A stretch of 38,741 nucleotides of DNA from Candidatus Rokuibacteriota bacterium (lineage in GTDB: Bacteria; Methylomirabilota; Methylomirabilia; Rokubacteriales; DASRDR01). Position numbers and translations under genes: made by a program. How positions within the stretch are numbered: position 1 is the stretch's first letter; every line of letters begins with the position of its first letter. The notes below the pieces were generated by a model. The model saw nothing but the letters and a program-made list of their open reading frames with translations. It was not told where the DNA came from and did not search any database. Below are positions 35,039 to 38,741 of this stretch, piece after piece. The stretch lies in the NCBI GenBank assembly GCA_044866005.1, contig JBIOTN010000145.1, positions 1 through 38,741 on the forward strand. The letters are read 5' to 3'.

Positions 35039-35485
35039 ATGGCGGTCGCCGAGAAGATCGGCGGGTGGACGCGGGCGTGGCGCCTGGACACCCGCGGCAG
35101 TCGCCTGCTGAGCGCCAGCAACGGCAGAGCGCTCGCCCAGCTTCGCGTCACTCCGGAGCTGCTCCCGCCGACCACCGACGCGGCCGCGATCATCGCGCTC
35201 GGCAACGCCACCGCGCTCGCCGCGAGCGCGTCGGCGCTCGACCCGAGCGGCGAGCTCGACCCGACCGGGTTCCCGCAGACCGTGCAGCTGTCCGTGAACC
35301 TGTTCCGTGGCACCGGGCAGGGCACGATCACGGCGGAGGCGCAGCTCACCTATCGCACGCGGACCACGCTCATCGTGGAGGTCAAGGTGCGGAACGAGGA
35401 GAGGCAGCTCATCGCCTCCCTGGCGGTGACCCAGCTCACGTCCCGTCCCGCCGGCGCGGAAGCTCCCCTGCGCCGGGCGTCCTAG
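35039..35485 (+). CDS. Hotdog-fold protein (PaaI thioesterase-like, degenerate active site)
   Basis: TVQLSVNLFR...ITAEAQ...RTRTTLIVEVKVRNEERQLIA strand pattern. Start may instead be 35015. Confidence 0.7.
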   Translation: MAVAEKIGGWTRAWRLDTRGSRLLSASNGRALAQLRVTPELLPPTTDAAAIIALGNATALAASASALDPSGELDPTGFPQTVQLSVNLFRGTGQGTITAEAQLTYRTRTTLIVEVKVRNEERQLIASLAVTQLTSRPAGAEAPLRRAS

Positions 35486-35505
35486 CGGCGCGCGTGGAGG
35501 GCCCC

Positions 35506-35841
35506 ATGAACGCGCACACGTCGCGCTCGCAACACGCCTGCCTGGAGTGCCACCGCGTCTGCCTGGAGACGATCACCTACCTCCAGGCGAGCGGCCGGCC
35601 GGTCGACCCCGCGGACGTGCGTCTGCTCTTCAACTGCGCCGAGCTCTGCCGGACCGGTGCCAGCCTGCTCCGGGGCGCCGCCGACCTTCACGCGCGCGCC
35701 TGCGTCGCGTGCGCCGACGTCTGCGAGCGGAGCGCGGAATACTGCGAGCGGTTCCCCGACGACCCGGTGATGCGGGCATGCGCGGAGGCCTGCCGCCGGT
35801 GCGCCGCGTACTGCCATCAGGCCGCCGCGATGGCGGCGTGA
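35506..35841 (+). CDS. Cys-rich four-helix-bundle copper storage protein (Csp3/DUF326)
   Basis: 13 Cys in CxxC/CxxxC spacing (CLECHRVC, CVACADVC, CAEACRRCAAYC); no signal peptide; GGAGG RBS. Confidence 0.88.
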   Translation: MNAHTSRSQHACLECHRVCLETITYLQASGRPVDPADVRLLFNCAELCRTGASLLRGAADLHARACVACADVCERSAEYCERFPDDPVMRACAEACRRCAAYCHQAAAMAA

Positions 35842-35868
35842 GCGGACGACAGAAAAGGAGGACCCGCG

Positions 35869-36450
35869 ATGGCGAGCGCGAGCCGAGTGCACGAGCGGAT
35901 GTCCGGGCGGACGCAGGAGTTCGGGCACGTGACCGGCAAGGGACTGGAAGCGATGACGGCCTGGACGGACGCCAACCAGCGGCTCTGGCGGGAGCTGGTC
36001 CAGCTCTGGGCGGACGCCACGCGTGAGAACCTGCGCTTCCTCGCGCACCTCCAGTCACGCGCCATGGAGCTGGCGACCGTGCCCGTCGCGGGCGGCGGCC
36101 AGCTCCAGAAGGACGCGGCGGACTGGTACCGGAAAGCGGTGCGGGACAGCATGGAGCGCTTCCATCAGGCGCTCGACGCCCTCGCCGAAGACGGCGGCCG
36201 GTCCGAGTGGGTCGGCGGGTGGTGGCCCGGCGGTCGCGGCCGCGAGGCGCTGCGCGGCCAGTGGCGGGAGCTCCGGGGGCAGATCCGCCAGCAGTGGGAC
36301 AAGCTGACCGACGACGAGCTCGACCGGATCCAGGGAAACACGGACCTGCTCGTCGGCAAGCTCCAGGAGCACTACGGGAAGAGCCGCGAGCAGGCCGAGC
36401 AGGAGCTCGACCGCTGGCTGGAGCAGCAGCGGCTGCCCCGCGCCTCCTGA
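35869..36450 (+). CDS. Fusion of a phasin-like N-terminal domain and a C-terminal CsbD/YjbJ domain
   Basis: C-terminal GQWRELRGQIRQQWDKLTDDELDRIQG...LVGKLQEHYGKSREQAE is CsbD-like; the N-terminus aligns by eye with the 26400 protein; AAGGAGG RBS. Confidence 0.8.
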   Translation: MASASRVHERMSGRTQEFGHVTGKGLEAMTAWTDANQRLWRELVQLWADATRENLRFLAHLQSRAMELATVPVAGGGQLQKDAADWYRKAVRDSMERFHQALDALAEDGGRSEWVGGWWPGGRGREALRGQWRELRGQIRQQWDKLTDDELDRIQGNTDLLVGKLQEHYGKSREQAEQELDRWLEQQRLPRAS

Positions 36451-36511
36451 CCCGGATCCGAACCGCGTCCGCCCGCTCGGCGCCTCTCCGCCTGACCGGG
36501 GCGCACCGTCT

Positions 36512-37717
36512 TCACGGCGGCTCGCCGACGACCCCGGTTGCGCGGAGCTCCGCGATCGCGGCGGCGTCGAGGCCGAGCACGCGGCCCAGCACCTCGTCCG
36601 TGTGCTCGCCGAGGCGCGGCGGCGGCCCCTGGATTCGGGCCGGCTCGCCGCCGAACTTCACCGGGACGCCGGGGAGGCGGACCCGCCCCGCGGTCGGGTG
36701 CTCGACCTCGACCGCCATGCCGCGGTGGCGGACTTGCGGGTCGGCGAAGAGCTCTGCGATGTCGTGGATCGGCCCCACGGGCAGCCCCGCCGCCGCGAAC
36801 GCCTCGACCCACGCGTCGCGCGCGCGGGCCGCGAGCCGCGCCTCGATGAGCCGCACCAGCTCCGCGCGCCGCTCGACCCGCTTGGCGTTCGTGTCGTAGC
36901 GCGGGTCGTCCGCCCACTCCGGCGCGCCGAGGACCCGGCAGAACGCCTGCCAGAGCCGCTCGTTGCCCGCACCGATCATCAGGTAGCCGTCGCGGGCGCG
37001 GAAGGCCTGGTACGGCACGAGGGAGGGGTGCGCGCTCCCCCATCGGCCTTGCACCTCGCCGGCCACGAGGTAGGCCGTGGCCGCGTTGATGAGCGCCGCG
37101 ATCCCGCACTCCATGAGCGAGAGGTCGAGGTGCTGCCCGGCGCCGGTACGCGCCCGGTCGTGCAGGGCGGCCAGGATCGCGCCGTGGGCGTAGAGCGCCG
37201 TGATGACGTCGATCAGCGCGACCCCCACCTTGACCGGCGGCCCGTCGGGCTCGCCGGTGATCGACATGAGGCCGGTGAAGCCCTGCATGATGGCGTCGTA
37301 GCCCGCGCGCTCGCGGTAGGGCCCGGTCGCGCCGAACCCGGAGATCGAGCAGTAGACCAGGCGGGGGTTCACCGCCCGGAGCGTCTCCCAGCCGAGGCCG
37401 AGGTCGTCCATGGTCCCGGGCTTGAAGTTCTCGACCAGGACGTCGCCGCGGCGGGCCAGCTCGACCAGGAGCGCGTGGCCTCGCGGCTGCTTGAGGTCGA
37501 TCGTCACGCTCTTCTTCCCGCGATTGACCGCAAAGAAGTACGACGCCTCGCCATCCGGGGCGCGCGGGGGCGCCCACTGCCGGCTGTCGTCGCCGCCGCG
37601 CGGGTGCTCGACCTTGATGACCTCGGCGCCGTAGTCGCTGAAGATCTGCGTGGCGAGCGGACCGGCCACGATGCGGGAGAGGTCGATGACGCGCAGGTCG
37701 TGGAGGGGCGCGGTCAT
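36512..37717 (-). CDS. Class III (CaiB/BaiF) CoA-transferase
   Basis: DLSRIVAGP, EVIKVEHP, NRGKKS, VENFKPG, GYDAIMQG and GVALIDV (catalytic Asp); start ATG 37717. Confidence 0.92.
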   Translation of the reverse strand: MTAPLHDLRVIDLSRIVAGPLATQIFSDYGAEVIKVEHPRGGDDSRQWAPPRAPDGEASYFFAVNRGKKSVTIDLKQPRGHALLVELARRGDVLVENFKPGTMDDLGLGWETLRAVNPRLVYCSISGFGATGPYRERAGYDAIMQGFTGLMSITGEPDGPPVKVGVALIDVITALYAHGAILAALHDRARTGAGQHLDLSLMECGIAALINAATAYLVAGEVQGRWGSAHPSLVPYQAFRARDGYLMIGAGNERLWQAFCRVLGAPEWADDPRYDTNAKRVERRAELVRLIEARLAARARDAWVEAFAAAGLPVGPIHDIAELFADPQVRHRGMAVEVEHPTAGRVRLPGVPVKFGGEPARIQGPPPRLGEHTDEVLGRVLGLDAAAIAELRATGVVGEPP

Positions 37718-37750
37718 GCGTGCGTCACTATACCAGGGGCCGTCCGCGCC

Positions 37751-37779
37751 TTGCACGCGCTCGAGGCGCTCCGTATACT
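37751..37779 (+). promoter_or_regulatory. sigma70-type promoter of sppA, divergent from the CoA-transferase promoter
   Basis: TTGCAC, 17 bp spacer, TATACT; the opposite strand has TGG-TATAGT at 37735-37727. Confidence 0.65.
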
Positions 37780-37793
37780 GCGGGAGGCCCGTC

Positions 37794-38741
37794 ATGAAAG
37801 TCCGGATCGCCGCGCTCGTCGCCGTTCTCGTCGCGCTCGCCGGCTGCAGCGTCGTGTCGGTCGACCTGACCCCCCGGGTGCGTCCGCTCCGGGAGACGAC
37901 CGTCGAGGGCAAGGGCCGGGACAAGGTCCTCCTGATGGACCTCAGCGGCGTGCTGGCGGAAGAGCCGATCCTGACGCTCGAGTCGCGGCCGCAGGTGCCG
38001 CTCCTGGCCCGCGTCCGCGAAGAGCTGGAAAAGGCGGCGGAGGACGCCCGCGTCCGCGCGCTGGTCCTCCGGATCAACAGCCCCGGGGGGACCGTCACTG
38101 CCTCGGACATCCTCTTTCACGAGCTCACCGCGTTCAAGACTCGACGGAAGGTGCCCGTGATCGCGTCGATCCTCGACGTCGGCGCTTCGGGCGGCTACTA
38201 CGTCGCGCTCGCCGCCGACCACATCGTCGCCCACCCCACCACCGTGACCGGCTCGATCGGGGTCCTCATGATCAACGTCAACTCCAGCGGGCTCCTGGAG
38301 AAGATCGGGGTGAGCGCGAGCTACATCAAGTCGGGGACGTTCAAGGACATGGGGAGCCCGTTTCGGCCGCTCACGTCCGAGGAGCGCGCGATCTTCCAGG
38401 ACGCGATCGACCGGCTCTATGGCCGGTTCGTCGCGCTGATCGCGCGGGAGCGGCGCCTCGACGAGGCGCGGGTCCGGGCCGTCGCCGACGGCCGCATCTA
38501 CACGGCGTCGGAGGCGCTCACGCTGGGCCTCGTGGACCGGATCGGCTACCTGGATGACGCCATCGCGCTGGCCAAGGAGGCGGCCGGGATCCCCGACGCC
38601 AAGGTGATCACCTACCACCGCCCCCGGCAGTACCGCGCCACCATCTACTCGACGGCGGAGGCGCCGCCGGCGGCGGGGGCGAGCATGGCCGACCTCGCCC
38701 GGCTCGCCGTCGCGGGGCCCCGCTTCCTCTACTTATGGTGG
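37794..38741 (+). CDS. sppA: Signal peptide peptidase SppA (S49), lipoprotein; 3' end runs off the window
   Basis: Not in the ORF track; translated by hand: MKVRIAALVAVLVALAGC (lipobox), RINSPGG, ASGGYY, TGSIGV, KSGTFKD and GLVDRIG. Confidence 0.92.
   Translation, partial: MKVRIAALVAVLVALAGCSVVSVDLTPRVRPLRETTVEGKGRDKVLLMDLSGVLAEEPILTLESRPQVPLLARVREELEKAAEDARVRALVLRINSPGGTVTASDILFHELTAFKTRRKVPVIASILDVGASGGYYVALAADHIVAHPTTVTGSIGVLMINVNSSGLLEKIGVSASYIKSGTFKDMGSPFRPLTSEERAIFQDAIDRLYGRFVALIARERRLDEARVRAVADGRIYTASEALTLGLVDRIGYLDDAIALAKEAAGIPDAKVITYHRPRQYRATIYSTAEAPPAAGASMADLARLAVAGPRFLYLWW

Overview
Very GC-rich, gene-dense bacterial DNA. Gene content and style suggest a Rokubacteria/Methylomirabilota-like soil organism; this is inference only. 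I call about 42 CDS and find no rRNA, tRNA, CRISPR array or transposase. Left end (minus strand): an operon with a clear sigma70 promoter and a FadR/GntR-type operator. It encodes a three-subunit 2-oxoacid:ferredoxin oxidoreductase with oxalate-oxidoreductase-like features (YPIRP motif, gamma-ferredoxin fusion without the CoA-binding GGQG loop), followed by a TctC/Bug solute-binding protein. Middle: F420-dependent PPOX protein, PLP trans-sulfuration enzyme, HAD phosphatase, an AtzG-like/amidase/MOSC-Smr operon, a RACo-type corrinoid activator, azlCD, ychF, two EamA transporters, a HEXXH protein, queF, DUF1501/DUF1800, an atypical clpS, a Zn-dehydrogenase and an SDR. Right: an extended polyhydroxyalkanoate (PHA) locus (acyl-CoA ligase, phasin-like protein, phaR, phaB, and an apparent operon SDR-SCP2-CoA transferase pair-phaC-phaE-phaJ) with no phaA in the window. 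It also carries a candidate PhaR operator, a tandem-hairpin intergenic element and a hotdog/Csp3/phasin-CsbD operon. The window ends with a third CoA transferase and a partial sppA. All product calls come from motifs recognised by eye; no database search was run.
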